Shown in pieces: positions 21,016 to 35,549 of a stretch of 64,000 nucleotides of DNA (its first letter is position 1; the number at the start of each line of letters is the position of its first letter). The notes under the pieces are model-generated. The model made no database searches. It had not been told where the DNA came from and was given only the letters and a program-made list of their open reading frames with translations. Source of the stretch: Microbotryum violaceum (lineage: Eukaryota); assembly GCA_001244265.2 (NCBI GenBank), contig CDLV01000005.1, positions 1,922,001 through 1,986,000 of the forward strand, in the 5' to 3' direction. A program made the position numbers and the translations under genes.

Positions 21016-24000
21016 ATGTTCGCCTCACCGGCGCTGGCGCAGAGCTCGGCCGCTACGGCTCCGTTGCCGCGTCGTGTGACGTACATCATCCCCGCCCCGA
21101 CCTCGTCTCCGCCGCTGTTGTCGCTTCCGCCCGTCGACGTCGACCGAAGAGGCCACACCGCACCTCTATACACTCGCGCACCAACGGGACTACGCGACCG
21201 TGGTGCGCCTTCGACGAGCCGCTCGCTTCGTTCGTCGCCGCATCCCCGGCATCGATTGGCCGTACAGGCCCTTGCGTTGGATCTCTCGACCGTCGTTTCG
21301 CGCTCCAACGGCTCGGACGAACCGGCAGGAATCCTCTACACCGGGGCCCGTGACGGCCTACTCTGTTCGTGGGAACTCGACCTCCCCGTCAAGAAGCGAA
21401 GGAAACGCTACGGGCAACCAACCGTCGATCTCGAGGATGACGACTACGACGAACTCGGCAGCGGTTCGGATGACGATGACGAGCGCGAGGCCGAACGACG
21501 GCGTGATCCGACCGAATCCGAGACGAACGGGATCCTAGAATTGGATGATCTCGATCGTTTGAACCGATCCGTCTCTGTTCAAGAGGCTCAGAATAGAGCG
21601 AGGAGCGACTCGATCCGTCGAGGGTCCCATGCCTCGGCCTCGACGGCGAGAGGAGCCAAAGCCCCCGCCGAGAATGGTGTAAACGAGGCCTTGCCGATCG
21701 AGGAGCGGTGGGAGATTGATGACGAGAGATTGAACAATAGTCCGAGACCTTCACACTTTCGCCAGTGCATTCAGTCCCATACTGATGTAGGTGCCCGGAT
21801 CACGCGAGACGAAAAATAGCCCGAGCAAAGCTGATTTGCCCCCCCCCCCCTTCTTACGTGCCACCCGCAGTGGGTCAACGACATTGTGCTTTGCAACTCG
21901 AATCAGACTCGTACGTCCCATACCAAAGAGTGAACGTTTGAACTGAGCTGACGACTGCTCATCTTCACAGTGGTTTCGGCCTCGTCCGACTCGCTCGTTC
22001 TGGCGTGGAACCCGCATGCATCCAGTCGACAGGCGCAAGTCACTCCACAACAGATTGGCAAGCATACGGACTATGTGCGATGCCTCACCTCGGCGCGCGA
22101 TGCCGGATGGGTGGCCAGTGGCGGATTTGATCGCAAGATCAACCTATGGGATCTCGGAGAAGGTCGCGAGAAGCCCATCATCGACCTCACCCCTCCGGCA
22201 TCGATCTACTCGCTATCTTCGACGCCCTCGGGATCACTGCTGGCGGCGGGGACGCCGGAGCGCGTTGTGCGCATCTGGGATCCTCGATCGAGGTCCCAGG
22301 TTGCTCAATTGGGTGGGCATACGGACAACGTGCGAGCCGTGTTGCTGGCGGAGGAGGGCAAATGGGTATGTCCATAGCTGGAGCACTTTGGATGGTCCCC
22401 GTCGATGCTAACATTCACGTAACCCTGGTAGCTTCTGTCGGCGTCCTCCGATGCGACCGTCAAGCTCTGGTCGCTCGCGGCCCAAAAGTGCCTGCACACC
22501 TTCTCGCACCACTCAGAGTCCGTCTGGTCGCTGTTCTCGCAGCACGCGTCGCTCGAGATTTTCTACAGTGGAGACCGAGTCGGCAACCTGTGCAAGATCG
22601 ACCTGCAAGGGACGGGTGAGCCAGGCGAAGGCGAATGCGTGTTGCTGGCTCGCGATTATTGCGAGGACGAACCGAGACCGGGAAGTCAGAGCATCTCGCA
22701 AATCGTGGCGCAGGACGATGCGTACGTGTGGACCGCGGGAAGCAGCAGTACCGTCAAACGCTGGCGCGATTGCCCACCACGCCTGCGCCGCGCTGGTGCC
22801 ATCACGACTCGACGCGAAGGAATGGCCTCGGTCGTGTCCTTGTCAGCACCGCTCGAAGAGGTCGACTCGAATTATCGACCCATGACCCCGCTGCGACCGG
22901 AGAATTCGCTTGATGGTCGCGAGCGATCGGCCGTCGTTTCCTTTGCCGAGAGCCTGACCTCGGGCCTCACGCGGACTGTGTCGTCCCCAACGTCTCCGAC
23001 GGGAGCGAGTGGGAGCCAGCGAGTGGCGCATCGTCCCTCATCCCTCCGAGCTCGAGTGGTCCCATCGGCCAGTAGTGCTCGCCGCCGTCCCAGTCTGAGT
23101 GGGAACAACACGGGTTCAAGCTCCCAGCGCCTCTTTGACATCCACTACGACTCGCTCGTACCCTTGAGGTCCCCGGAGGCGTCGTACTTTTCGTCCGCTT
23201 TCCTGCATCGCGCACGGGATCCCGATGCGGCGACGATCGACTCCGTCACTTCGGGCCCCAGTCAGAGCTTCGGATCGCGTATCGCGGCCTCGACTTCGCC
23301 TTCTATGCACCACATCGCGCGTAGCCCGTCCGAGGTCACGCGCGAGAACAACCTGGCACGTCGGGAATACATGGATCGAGAAGACTGCAGCGAGGCCACA
23401 CCTTTGCGGTCGAGTCCGGACGGCGTCATCGAAGGTGGCCAAGGTTTGAAGAGGTGCGAACTGCTCAACGATCGTCGACACGGGCTTACGATCGATACCA
23501 AGGACGAGGTCGCGCTGTGGGACATTATTCGGTGCGAGTGCCTGGGCGTGTTTGAACCCCAGGAAGTGCAGCAGCTGCGTCGACGCCCCTCTGATGCAGT
23601 CTCCAGCATGAGTGGATCGAGCAGTCCTGTCTCCGAAGCCGTCTCTTCTGCGGACCTGTTGGACTCGGTGCGGGAACGCATCGAAGGTGAAGGTGCGGTC
23701 GCGACGTGGTGCAAGTGCGATGCCCGAACGGGATCCCTCGTCGTTCATCTCGAAGAAGCGAGGGCCTTTGATGGCGAAGTCTACGCCGACGAAGCGATGC
23801 ACGTCTTGGCGGACCGGGATCCCGGTCCTGAGCATCGCATCATCTTGGGCAAATGGGTCTTGCGCAACCTCTTTGACAGCTTCATCGAAGCCGAGCTCGA
23901 GCTGCGAGCAGGGGGGCGTACACCCGTCCCGCATTCGAGGCGGGCGAATGGGGTGCCGAATTTCATCTCGCTCTCGGGATTGGCGACGGCGATGACCCCG

Positions 24001-25377
24001 GCTCCGACGAGGCTAAAGACACCCGGAATGACGATCGCGCTAGCGACGCCGGCGTTAAACCCCGTCGTCATTCCGGCACATGCACCTCCTTCGTTCAATT
24101 CCTCCCCTATCGCAATTCGCTCGCACGATCTCGAGACCATCCCCCAATCACCTACACCGCACGTCTTTGATGCCGGCGACTTTGCGCGCAACAGCGTCAC
24201 TCCCGGGCTGGCCAAAACCCCCGCTGCGAACGGTCGAGGTGAAAATGACTACTTCTCCCTCCCTACTGCTCCGAACGATCCGACAACAGCCAGTCCCGTC
24301 ATACTCTCGTCACCTGGGCCTCTACCGACTCCTGGAGGAAGCCTGATGGGGAGGTTGAGGAATCTGGGCAAGGCGTCGAAGAAGGCAAATGTAGAGTCGA
24401 CGGAGGCTCCTGCGGCAACTTCGGTGCCTCTCGAACCGGAAATGGTCGATGTAAGTTCGGATAGAGATGCTCGATAGCCCTTTGATCGCACTACTGATCG
24501 TGCCCCGACCCCCCCTTCCCTCTGCCATGCAGACTCGTTCCGCGGCTGAGCAACACCAGCATCAAGTGCTGCAAACCGTTTTCTCCCGTCCATTGACTCC
24601 TTGCGAACCCAAAGATGCCCCAACTTTGACCTATCCGTCCGATACGGCGATCATTATTAGTGAAGGAGGGTTCAACTCTTCCGCTTCGTCCGTCATTTAT
24701 CGTGGACTGGTTGGAACGGGTCGAGAAGACGTTGGCGTGTTGGAGCAGAAGGCGCCGCTATGGTTGCTGGATTTCCTCCTGGGTAACAGGGTCATTATAA
24801 AGGAACCCGTCAAGCTGGTGAGTGGAGTGGGTGATTTGCATTGGCAGGGATTGGGAGCTGACAGCGTTTCTTGGCTCGTGCCCAGTCGTTCCTGATCCAA
24901 CCGTGGACAGACGAGAACGGCAAATCCGACCTTCCAGAACTGCCCAACTCGTGAGAATGGAATAGAGACCATACTACAACCACGCGCTAGACCTCTGATA
25001 ATGTTCTTTGTTCCCACAGAAACGCACGGCTTACAGCGAACCGAACCCTTCGCCTGCGTAAAGTGGTAGGCTTCGTCGCGGACAAACTGAACCTCGGCTC
25101 GATCAGAGGGCGGACCAGTATATCCAGTTCGAACGATCTTCCAAACCCGACCACAATGACGAACACTACTCTGACACCCGCATCTCCCACCGCGGACGCT
25201 CCCGATCCCATTTTCGAATCGGCCGCCGTTTACGACCCGGAGAAAGAACTCGAGATCCTCGTGGGGGACGTCGTCCTCCCTGGATGGTCGACAATCGCGA
25301 GTGCGAGGACGTTCCATTGGAAGAACGGTGGTGATATGGTGTTGCATTATCGGCTCAAGAGAACTGGCACTTCATAA
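21016..25377 (+). CDS. WD40-repeat protein WDR48/UAF1 (DUF3337) family, multi-exon
   Basis: ILYTGARDG, QSHTD/WVNDIVLC, VSASSD, HTDYVRCL, GHTDNVRAVL, and C-terminal RLTANRTLRLRKVVGFV...FHWKNGGDMVLHYR. GT-AG introns lie between the ORF pieces. Confidence 0.88.
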
Positions 25378-26049
25378 TATAACGGAGGGTAGCATGTTGT
25401 AGTTCATGTAATGGAACGGAATGAATATTTGGGACTGTTGAGAAGTGGAGGAGCGTAGCTCCGCCGGTGGGAGGAAGTTATGTGTGGCATCGGCACGCTG
25501 ACCGCCACTTTCTGCGCAACAAGGGTTCTCCGAAGATGGTTTGGGCTGCTGAACAAAACACTGGGTTGGTTATGCAATGAATGCACGAAGAAAAGGCCTA
25601 CAACATTGAACCCGTGCTCAGTCCTCGGCCAACAGCATCTCCAGGCGGACGCTCAGCGGCGCTCAGCGGGATCGTGTCTGGCTCAAATTCTCATTCGTCA
25701 AGGGTAAAGGCACGGGAGCCGATGACGGCGGTTGCGGGCGGGCGAAAGGTGGCACCGGCTGCGTGACGGAAGAGTCAGTGGGTAAAGGTGAGAGAGGAGA
25801 GGGAAAAAGGAACCTCGTGGTGGGGCTCCCCTGGGCTCCCCTTGTCCTCCGCTTGGCCATCCCTTGCAAGTGGAAAAAATTCAGCGCGACGGCTGCTCGC
25901 TCACCCGACCCAGTGGCAACATTGCAGTGCATGGACTCAACAAACATGATTTGCAGAAAACATATATGCGACTCGACCAATGCTGGAAAGTGTGGATGGT
26001 GGCCTAATGATAGAATTCGCTCATGTCAAGGCGCCCGATGCCCACCTTC

Positions 26050-28580
26050 CTACCGCTTCGCCTCCCCCGGCTGATCCTCTATCAATAAATCCCAACCTTC
26101 ATCCCCTTCCCCGACCGAGCCTTTATGAGCCACTCCAAGTACTTCCATTTCTCTCTCGGGTATTCCTCTTTCTAACGTCCGTTCCAACTCCCTCGCCTTC
26201 TGCTCTAAATCCAGCAAAACCTCCCCCTCATTGACGCGTTCCTCGAGATGCGGGATCACATGTTCCTCAATTTGATGCGCTTTGGAAGCGTGCGACGCTC
26301 GACGCAGATGAACCGCGTCCCCAGTTGGAATCGACAGAGAAGATCGGGACGAAGAGGCGGAGGAAGCGTTCGACTCGAGGGTGTGGTGGGAGCCGCGCGT
26401 CAGTTCGTGAGGTAGGTTATCGAGGTAAACGGCCGAGGCGTTGGTCTGCTTTCATGAGAGCGAAGATGATCAGCAGCTCTTCCTGAAACACAACGATGCA
26501 TCGTCGAATGTGGGTGACTCACAACCCTTAATGCCCGCGAAGCTGATCTCTTCCTCTCGGTCAACAACATGACGTCCTCGTCCTCCGCCCGATTAAGGCG
26601 CGATAAATCGACCGAGCTCAGATCGTGGTCTCCCAAATGTGGGCTTGAGCGCGCGCCGTGCCCATGCCCATGCCCTTTCGCGGACGACGGGTCGTCGGTG
26701 AATTGTTTGTATTTGAAGTAATTGTACAAGGCGATACCTGAGCAACGAGAAGTGATTCATTCTCAGCTGCGAACGAAGGCTAACATTCATTGGTGTCCGT
26801 GCCGAAACTTACCGAACAGGGTGACGACCAAACCCGAAACGTTGATGGGCGTTAACTGGTCGTGGAATATGAACATGGACAGGAAGATCATGGCGACTTC
26901 TTTGAAGATGCCGGCCACGGAGAGGGTGACGACCGAAGTGCGCTGGATCAATCTGGCAACAATGTAGGGGGTTAGCACCTCATCAGCTTTGATCGAACCA
27001 AAAGTCATTCGATCTCACCCGAACTCGGCGACATTCATCGCGAACGCCAAAAACCCCGGCAACAACATCGCAAAGAGCGTGTGAATCATGAGACCAAACG
27101 AGCCGAAAAAGGTCTCGTTCCCAAACACGTTCTTCCACCCGTCGAAAATCATGGAGCACGTCGCCAGCACGAACCCCATGATGGGTGCGAGCCAATACAA
27201 CGTCGCGATCGGGTTCGACATGCCCAGCGATTCCTTGTCGAGGAGGATCTGAACGAGCGACCACCTCAGCCCGCCCAATGCCGAGGCGGTGAGGACCTCG
27301 ACCATTCCTGCGGGGTCGAAGCGGGTCTCGGTCGACACCATGAGCACCACCCCACCCGAGATGATGGTGATGATGCCGGCAAGTCGCCACGACGGTTTTT
27401 CGAGCCTGAAGATGAAGGCAAAGAGCAGTACAAAGGCCAAGCTCGAGGATTTGCACATGGCTGTGTGCCGAGGTTGAGAACGTGTCAGCGACAGTTGCGA
27501 GAAAGGTCTTAGACTGGGGGAGGGTGACGTACTGTAGAAGGAAAGGGTGATGGTGCGCAGCGACAGGTTCGACAAGCCAATGTCCAAGCCCGAGGCAACT
27601 CCACACGGTACGATCTTGGTACTGGATGGCAAGCGCCCCTCGGAAACTGTGTGAGCTCCGACCGACCGAAATGACATGTAGCGCACGTGACCTCGGACGC
27701 CGCGCCCGGACCAACTCACCCAAAGTCCTTGAGCCCCGGTCGATTTTTGGATCGCAGTCGAGCGGTCATGCTCAGTGCTATGGCCGAAAGTGACCACTGC
27801 ACGAGCATGTGGAAGGATGTGACGAATAGTGGATATGGGCTGCGATTGGCGAGACGAAATCGCGTCAGCTCCGAAGGGGCCGGAAGGAGGCTAGACGCCT
27901 TGCATACGACGAGGAACGCACAAGTTGTAGTGCTCTTTGGAAAACATCCACTTGTCTGAGAAGGATTGATATCAGCATTTTAATTCCGTTTCTCGAGATC
28001 GCTCAGCGAAAGACGTACTGTAGACGGAGATGGCGGACGAGAACGAGTACCTGAGCGGGAGAGTTGTAGACCTCTCGGTGAGCGTCGGTTCGACATCGAA
28101 GTGGTCAGGGGGCGCATGTACTGACCACGCCGCAATGAACACGGCATTGACCGCTGCCCTTCTCCACCATTCTACTCTCCTCCTCGAAGCCTCGGCTGCG
28201 CTGAGGGGTTGGGCCCGGCGAGGAGCGCCACCCTCGAAGTGGCTGTCTGTCGCTCGCGTCGGTGTCGATGTCGATGGAGAGGGACCACGCTCGTGTGCGC
28301 CACGCGAAAGCCGCCGTTGCTCGTTCTGCCATGCCATCTCATCCTCCAACGCGCGATCGTCGTCCTCTTCGTCCTCGTCGTCATCGTCGTCGTCGCGCTT
28401 GGCACGATGTGGCTTGCCGCCGCGAGAGTGTACGATCGAATCGTAGCGTGGTGCAGCCGATCCAGAGTCACTCTCCAGTTCATGCCTCTTCTGTGCCACA
28501 TCCTCAATCGAATACGTCAACGATCGCGAGGCCAGCGCATCCTCCTCAACCAGATGAGCCGCTCGGGTGGGATCCGCCAT
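26050..28580 (-). CDS. triose-phosphate/nucleotide-sugar transporter family (SLC35C2-like), multi-exon
   Basis: IVPCGVASGLDIGLSNLSLRTITLSFY/TMCKSSSLAFVLLFAFIFRLEKPSWRL, LGGLRWSLVQILL, LIQRTSVVTLSVAGIFKEV. Confidence 0.88.
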
Positions 28581-29115
28581 GTCGTTGTGAACGTCGGACG
28601 CGGCCAATAACTTATGCGCCGATCGAGGGTGACTCAATCGCGTGGATCGAGGTGCAAACCGGGCCGAACACCGAGGTAGACTGAGCTCGGTCGACACGTT
28701 GGAAGAGATTCAGGTTTACCGTGGGGCGAGGGAGGGTTAGCACGCGGTATACGCGAGGTAAGGGGAGATGAGGAGAAGCAAACGCCGACCGGAAACACGA
28801 CGACGGCCGAGACGAGGCTGCCGCGCCGCTCAAGCCGATAAGCGAGTCTCTCGGTGAAATTTTCGACCGGCTACGGCCATGCTCTTTCCTTTTTCATTCA
28901 TATGGTCTCTTAACATTTTCGGTTCGAGAATTGACACGCTTCAATGCTACAGGAAATCGATAAGACGCTCGAGTACTAGGCTATAGTACTACTAGGCGCG
29001 CGGCGGAAAAGGCGACAAAGCTCAATAAATATATGGGTGGAAGGATCACGCGAAGCGCTTGTACATGTATATTCTTGAGAGCATGTTTTATTCCAATTTC
29101 TAGACCAGGACCGGC

Positions 29116-30673
29116 TCAGATCTTGGCCGTGACATCACCACAGTCGATCCTGTGTTGGTAAGCGTCCGTCGCCGGTGCGGACTTGGCCGTGTTGCGGCAA
29201 TGGCCAAAGATGTTCAACGAGTAGCTTCCCTTGGCGAACTTGGACGAAATGTACGATGACCTCGACTGGACCCAGCACGACGAACCGTTCCAGAAGAAAA
29301 GGGTCTGACCGCGATCGTTGCTCGGACTTTGTTTGGCCGCGAACGAGGCGCACGAGTCGTACGAGGTCACCGGGTTCGAGCCCCATTGCATGTAGGTCAC
29401 CGGGTAGCCGCCCGTAGGGGTCACGCCAGAGGTTTTGCTCGTGTTGTCTGAGACGTGCGAGAAAAGTCGAGGCGTAGGGTCAGTTCTCGAGGGAGCGCGG
29501 GGCGGTCCAAGAACTTGAAGTCGCCGAAAATTCTGCGGATGACTCACTTCCGTATTGCGAAACAGCCACAGGCAGCACGCAGTGATTGCCGATGGTGTTG
29601 AGGACAGCATCGGGTTTGCACTTGAGAGGAGCGAGCGATGGAGCGCAGGATGCCGTGTAGATGTCCGAGCAGCACGCAGTGCCTGTTTGGGCAGCAACAG
29701 CGCAAACACATCGGCTCAGTTACCGCACTCTACGGCACTTCAACCAGGGACGGCAACTCACCATCGGCGGTGTTGGCGGTGTTGGGGGGGCACTTGAAAG
29801 AAACGCACTTGCCCTTGGTGAGGACTCCGTATTCGCACTCCGTAGACTGGGTGCTGTTGCATGAGAAGGCGTTCTTGTCGGGGCAGCGCGTGCAGGTTTT
29901 CCCTGAGCAGTACGAAGATGATGATTAGCCAAAACGAACTGGCAGATATTGAATCTCATTTCGTAGTCTTTTAGACAACTCACCATTGGTAGCGGGGTAG
30001 GTCGCGCCGGTGCACGTCACGGCCGCGCACTTGCCGTTAACAGGGGTGCCAATGTTGCAAGCTACGGACCTGCCCGTGCTGTCGCATCGACTCGCGTTGC
30101 TGTCGGGGCATGCGATACAGGTGAAGCCTTAAGAAACCATAATAACGTTCAGTCTTGCGATCATATTTCACGAGAGACTTAGTGAGCAAGCGCTCACCAT
30201 CCTGAGGCGAAACATAGCGAGGACCGGAGCAGCTGGTTCTGAGCTGGCACTTGCCGTCGTCGAGCTTGCTGCGAGAGCTGATGGAGTGTTGATTAATTGA
30301 GGAGAGCAAATTAAGTTTTGAAACAAAATCAGATCACAGGGATCGGGATCAAGTGAAAAAAAATTAGCAAAAGCTACTGACCAGCTGGTGGCTTCAGACT
30401 CGGTGCAGGTCAATGCGTTGGTGAACTTGGAGGTGCAAGGCAAGCACGATTTCGCTAGTCACAGATTCGTAGCGGAAGATCAGCCAGTGCTTCTGCGACC
30501 ATCATTCCGGCCATGCCGAATTACTTACTACGCTTGTTGAAATATTGCGCGGACTTGCACGACTTTGCGGTCGCACTGACGTCCACCGAGCCGGGCGTCG
30601 GCGCAGCCACGACGGCTTGGATTGAACCAAAGCTGGCACCGAGGGCGAGGATTTGGGAAAACGACAACAGCAT
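29116..30673 (-). CDS. secreted cysteine-rich protein, multi-exon
   Basis: Signal-peptide-like MLLSFSQILALGASFGSIQAVVAAP. Repeated Cys modules (CLPCTSKFTNALTCTESEATS; CPDSNASRCDSTGRSVAC) occur in short exons. The C-terminal exon is YPVTYMQWG...DCGDVTAKI*. Confidence 0.72.
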
Positions 30674-31379
30674 GTCAACAATGCGTAAAAGTGTAGGGTC
30701 GGGGTGGGGATGTGTAGTCGGTGAAGTGTAAGTATGGCCACGCTTCGGATGAGGAAGCGTTAAAGGAAGGGAGAAAGATGAGATTTGTCGACGGGAGGCA
30801 AAGTCAACTCTTTACTGCCGGCCCGAAGCGATGGGCTTCCCGGCGAGCGCAACCTAAAGTGGTCGAAAGCGGCGATGCACTCTTCTTTCTAGTCACAGCC
30901 TAAGGTCGCCCATCTGGCGAGTTGGCTGCAGTTCAGTAAAGGGCCAAACGTACCACCAGGCTCCCGAGAATGCTCTATATCTCGCAACAGCACTAAATCG
31001 AGTGCGGTGCAGGATAGGCGCCGTCGTCGAATTGGCGATCACTTCCCAAAGCGGCGTTCATTCTTTCATCGCGCGCGGACTTGGCAATACGAGGCGGTTC
31101 CGCCTCAGTGCCCTCCGCTATCGACCTTCTCGCCGGTATTCGGGGTGACTACGAGCTGGTGGCGCTGCTTATAGATCTCCACCGAGTACAGCTCTTTTCC
31201 TTTGTCGAGCGTCTGGCGTGTATTGCGCATCGAGCCGAAGTTCGGCCAATCGGTCGGCGATTTGCGAGGGAAATGGAGAGAAGCGCTGGTTGTCTCGGGT
31301 GGGGGCCCACATCGTCAGCCTCGAAGCGGCAGATCGATCGAGTCTAAGCTCGACGCCCCCTTCCCAGAGGGAGGGCTTA

Positions 31380-34300
31380 GTTGAGCTTAGATCAGTTAAA
31401 TTTGGTGCTTCGCGATCTTTGGTCCAGGAAGACGAAAACACGAACTTCAGTCAACGGTCGATAGCAGAGTCAATGATTGGTCAATTACACACCTTTGGTC
31501 CAGGGAGACGAGAACACGGACTTCAGTCAACGATTGATAGCAGAGTCAATGATTGGTGAGGAACCAATCAAGAGGACTCCGCACCGCCGCTGACGCAGTC
31601 CGCGCCTCCCTGGCCAAGATGGCTTAAACTACCCAAAAACCACAAAGACGCTTCTAGCCATCACTGCTCGCGCAGTCCCTTCCAACACTCCCCCTGGCGA
31701 GGAGCGTCCACCATTCCAAGCATCCGAACGAACGACTCGTGCGGCACGCGCGACAGTCCCTTGGTCAATCCGTCCGCGACCATCTCCTTGGTCCCGATCC
31801 ATCGGAGCTCGATGATGCCGTTCGAGACAAGTTCTTGAGTAAAGTGGTAGCGTGTTGCCATTGTGCTTGGTGGTCGCGTGGGAGGTCGGGTGATCGGCCA
31901 AAGCAATTGCTCCCGTTGAATCACCATGAATGGTGGTGGGTGAAGATGGAGGGAACCCGAGTGAGAGAAGCAGAGAGCGAATCCACAGCGTCCAGTTAAC
32001 GTGGTCCAGCGCCCGATAAGGGTCGTCTCTTTGTAGACTAGCTGGAATTCAATTCTCATTCTCATTCCCGGGCAGCAGCCGAGAGAGCTTGATACTCGGC
32101 TTGGACGGACGAGGTGGCAACCGATACTTGGCGCTTGGATGCACATGTGATCGCTGACCCGGCCATGATGACTGTGTAACCCGAAACCGATCGACGCCCC
32201 GACTTCTACGCTGCATGATACGAGTCGCAGTACAAGGTCACATCGATTCCCAAGTGTCGATTGTACTCGAGTCGAGTTTAGTTGTGCCGCGCAGATAGCG
32301 AAGAACTCGCCGCATTTGCCTAATAAAGTGTTCCGGTTTCAGATCGGCGCAGTGTTTTGACAGTTGGGTGACCGCATAAGAGATATCGAGCCTTGTGCAT
32401 CCTGATACCCAGAGAGCTCACCAACGACCTGGCGATAGTTGAGCTTGAGATGAGCAGTCCGTCCATCTGAGTGCTGATCGCTGTCGGAGGTTGGGGTTGC
32501 CACTGTCAAGGATAGCTAGTTTCACCGTCCTCGTCCGATTACAAGATCTAAGTTGGTTCTTGGGATTGAGGCCAACGTGCTACCATTTGGCCCGTTGGTA
32601 TCTCAATCTCCCAGCTCTAATTGTCTCCTTAGTTCCTCTATTATTGCAGCACTTTACTAGTTAGCCTTCCGCGAGTCTGTCCCTTAGTCTCTGGCCACTC
32701 TGTTCTCGTCCCTGTTCATTGGACTGAGTCGTGGTCATCATCAGATTCCACTAGAGAACAAACCGTGAAAGCCACCGCGGAAGCGTTCGCAAACCCGTGA
32801 TTGTTCAGGATGGTCTCGATCTGGTGGCACTGGTCAATGGTCATGATCCAATCCCCGATGCGTCGTCGGTGGCAATCTTCATCCCCAGGAATAACTCGAC
32901 CTCGCCTCGCTTGAGCTTGAACTGTTGATCGAACTCGCTGAGGAACCCTTCGAGATCGTCGTCGCAGGCGAGAAGACCGTCGTCGACGTAGATGGCCAAG
33001 AGAGTCGTGCGATCGACACCCCCGCTGCTGCGAGCCCTTCTGTAGACCCCAAAGTCCTCCTCCATTCGCTTGAAACCGCGATTGACGAGCGCAGCATGCA
33101 AGACCTTGTTCCACTCACGACCCGACTGCTTGAGACCATACAGGGATTTTGCGCAGTCGATGGGTGTAACCGTCCGGCAGCTTGATCCATAGTGGTTCGG
33201 TGATGCGACCGTGAAGGTATGCGCTGTTGACGTCGAACTGAAGCCTTCGATACCCTTTGACGTGAGCTATGACGTTGATCATCCGGAGGAGGCGATTCGA
33301 GCTGTCGGTGAGAATGTTTGCCCGTGATGGTTCTGGAGATCCCCCTGTGCGACGATCCTTGCCTTGTACTTGATGATGTCACCTTTGTCATTCGGCTTGC
33401 GGATGAGGACGACCTTCGTTGGAATTGCTTGAACTCCTGGCGGCGGATCGGTGGCCTCCTTGTCCCATGTGTTCATGCCGTTCAGAATCGAGTACTCGGT
33501 CATGAGGGAAATGGACATCCTCGCGATCCTCGCCGGCCATCGCCTGCTTGTACGTCGGCTCGTCGGGACTTCCGGTCCAGACCTGGTACGCTTCAAGTTC
33601 CTCGATTCCGCTGATGCCCTCGGTGGATCCTTGAACGATCGACGAAAGGTTGGTCCAACCGTTGCATCCTTCGAGGTTGACGACGACGTTGAAGACTTGT
33701 TCCCATTCTGGAAGCTCGTTGAGGGAATCATGTCTCCCAAGATGGTACCCACGTCGACGAACATTGCTTGCTGCTCTGCCCACCCTCGACGGCGGGACCC
33801 TGCAGGAGCACCCCAGCGTTCGGCCAACTCGGAAGTCCGCTCCGTCGTAGGTACCACCGGCTCGTAGCCATCAGGAATCTGATTCGGATCAGGTGTGTTG
33901 TTGTCAGCTTCGTCGTCAAGAAAAGGAGACGCGCGACGGGAGGCGGTGCTCCACCGTCGCCAGCAACAGGAGCTGGCGCTCGACCGTTGGGAACAACAGG
34001 AGCTGGTGCTTGACCGTTGGGATCAATATGAGCAAGCTCTTGACCATTGCTGTGTTGAACTCTACCGCCGTCGCCTGGAGCGCGCTCGCGACCAGGCGCA
34101 GCGGGAGTGTACTCACGATCAGGAGACCTTGCTCGACCGACCGGAGGAGGGGTGTAATTTCGACTGTCGCCACCCGGAGCCAACGCTCTACGGCAGCAAT
34201 AGGAGTCGTCGCTCGATCGTCGGTGCCAGGAGCCTGAGCTCGTCGAGAGCGAATCGTCCGAATTCCCCCGGTGAAGCTCGAATGAGCTCTCGTCGAAGTT

Positions 34301-34580
34301 CGCGTCATCCGATACGAATACAGTGTTGGTGTTGGGTCGCCAGAACATCCGTGCTCCACATAGCCAATGAAACAAGCCTTGACTCTTGGCGGTTCAATCT
34401 TCGAGGCACGACGTTCTGGCGCGATCCGGACGTACGCCACGCAACCCATACGCGAATACGCGAGACATTGGGCTTGCGAAGGTGGTACATTTTGAAGGGT
34501 GTCCAACCCGGTAACGCGGCGGTAGATCGACGATTGCTCACATAGGTAAATGCGTTCGCCGCGAAGGCTCAGACGTGGCC
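31380..34580 (-). mobile_element. degenerate Copia retrotransposon (integrase C-terminus, RT, RNase H fragments, 3' LTR ~31380-31687)
   Basis: Frameshifted fragments TPFKMYHLRKPNVSRIRV, KACFIGY, KYKARIVAQG, LAIYVDDGLL, EMVADGLTKGL. On the minus strand a PPT AGGGGAG precedes TGTTGG at 31687. The outer LTR boundary is approximate. Confidence 0.88.
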
Positions 34581-35549
34581 AGGTCGTTTCAGAATGATCG
34601 TCTGAGTTGTCCAAGAGCAAAGGAATGAAAGAATGACTATCCAACGATCCTGTGAGAGATCTATCAAATAAGGAGAGGAGATCTTGTCTCAGTTGGGGGC
34701 AAGGCCCGTAAAACTTAAAACTTGAAGGGGGGGGCCATCCCTCACAAGGGCTGAGATCCTCATCCTTCAAGTGTCGAGACAGTCTTAGTATCCTCGACAA
34801 AGCAACTCCGCATCGGTTCGGACTCAGGACTCTTGGTCTCGGAATTGGCTCTTCTAGAGCCGTTGGATCGTAAGACATTAACTCCTGCCTGGCCGAGTCA
34901 TTCGGGCGATATGTATGAAATGTCGGAGACTGCCGCGAGGGGAGTTCAAGTTTCGGCGCAAGTGCCCGGCTCGTGCTGGCCTGAGAAACCGGCGGCCCGA
35001 GCACGGCAGTAAGCCTCCGGTTTCGAACGCAACACAAACCCAAGGTTTTGACCTGATGTGAAGACTGGGCGACCGTTTTAGATATTCTGTGGTTTTCTCA
35101 CGATCCACGACTTGTTCAAGAGTTGAGAATCATGCCCGGCAGTGAGCCCGAGCCCGCGCGAACTGCGAGAACCCCAATTCAGGGGCCGCTTGGACCCACG
35201 CCTCAGGGGCTATCCGACACTAGTCAAATTGGACCCACCCTCGGCTTGTCGGTCCGGACGGCGGTAGAGCTCTAGAATCTGCCACTTTTCCGCACACACG
35301 GAATCAAAGGACGTTGATCCCAGACTAAATGCTGACTGCCACCGGTTACGCTGGTGATTCAGACCCGACCTAACCCGACCTACCCGGAAATTGCCTGCAG
35401 CTACCTGCGGGTCGTCTCTTGCTGTAAGGGGAAGCCTTACAGAACGGCCCTATAAGTAGCCTCTGAGTAGCTAGAACTGCCGAGTTCTAGTTACGACTTG
35501 CTTTTAGTCTATTGGGCAAAAATGACAGATTGTATTTTATGCACACCAG

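Noticed and set aside
23116-24215. Long antisense ORFs over WDR48 (and similar ones over the pol genes)
   Set aside because: These are shadow ORFs expected in GC-rich coding DNA and show no independent motifs.
32503-32715. Possible solo LTR inserted in the decayed Copia
   Set aside because: It starts near TGTCAAG and interrupts RT, but I found no matching CA end or TSD.
34580-35420. Additional gene or TE between the decayed Copia and the TRIM
   Set aside because: It is probably TE debris, but I could not support any motif or boundary.
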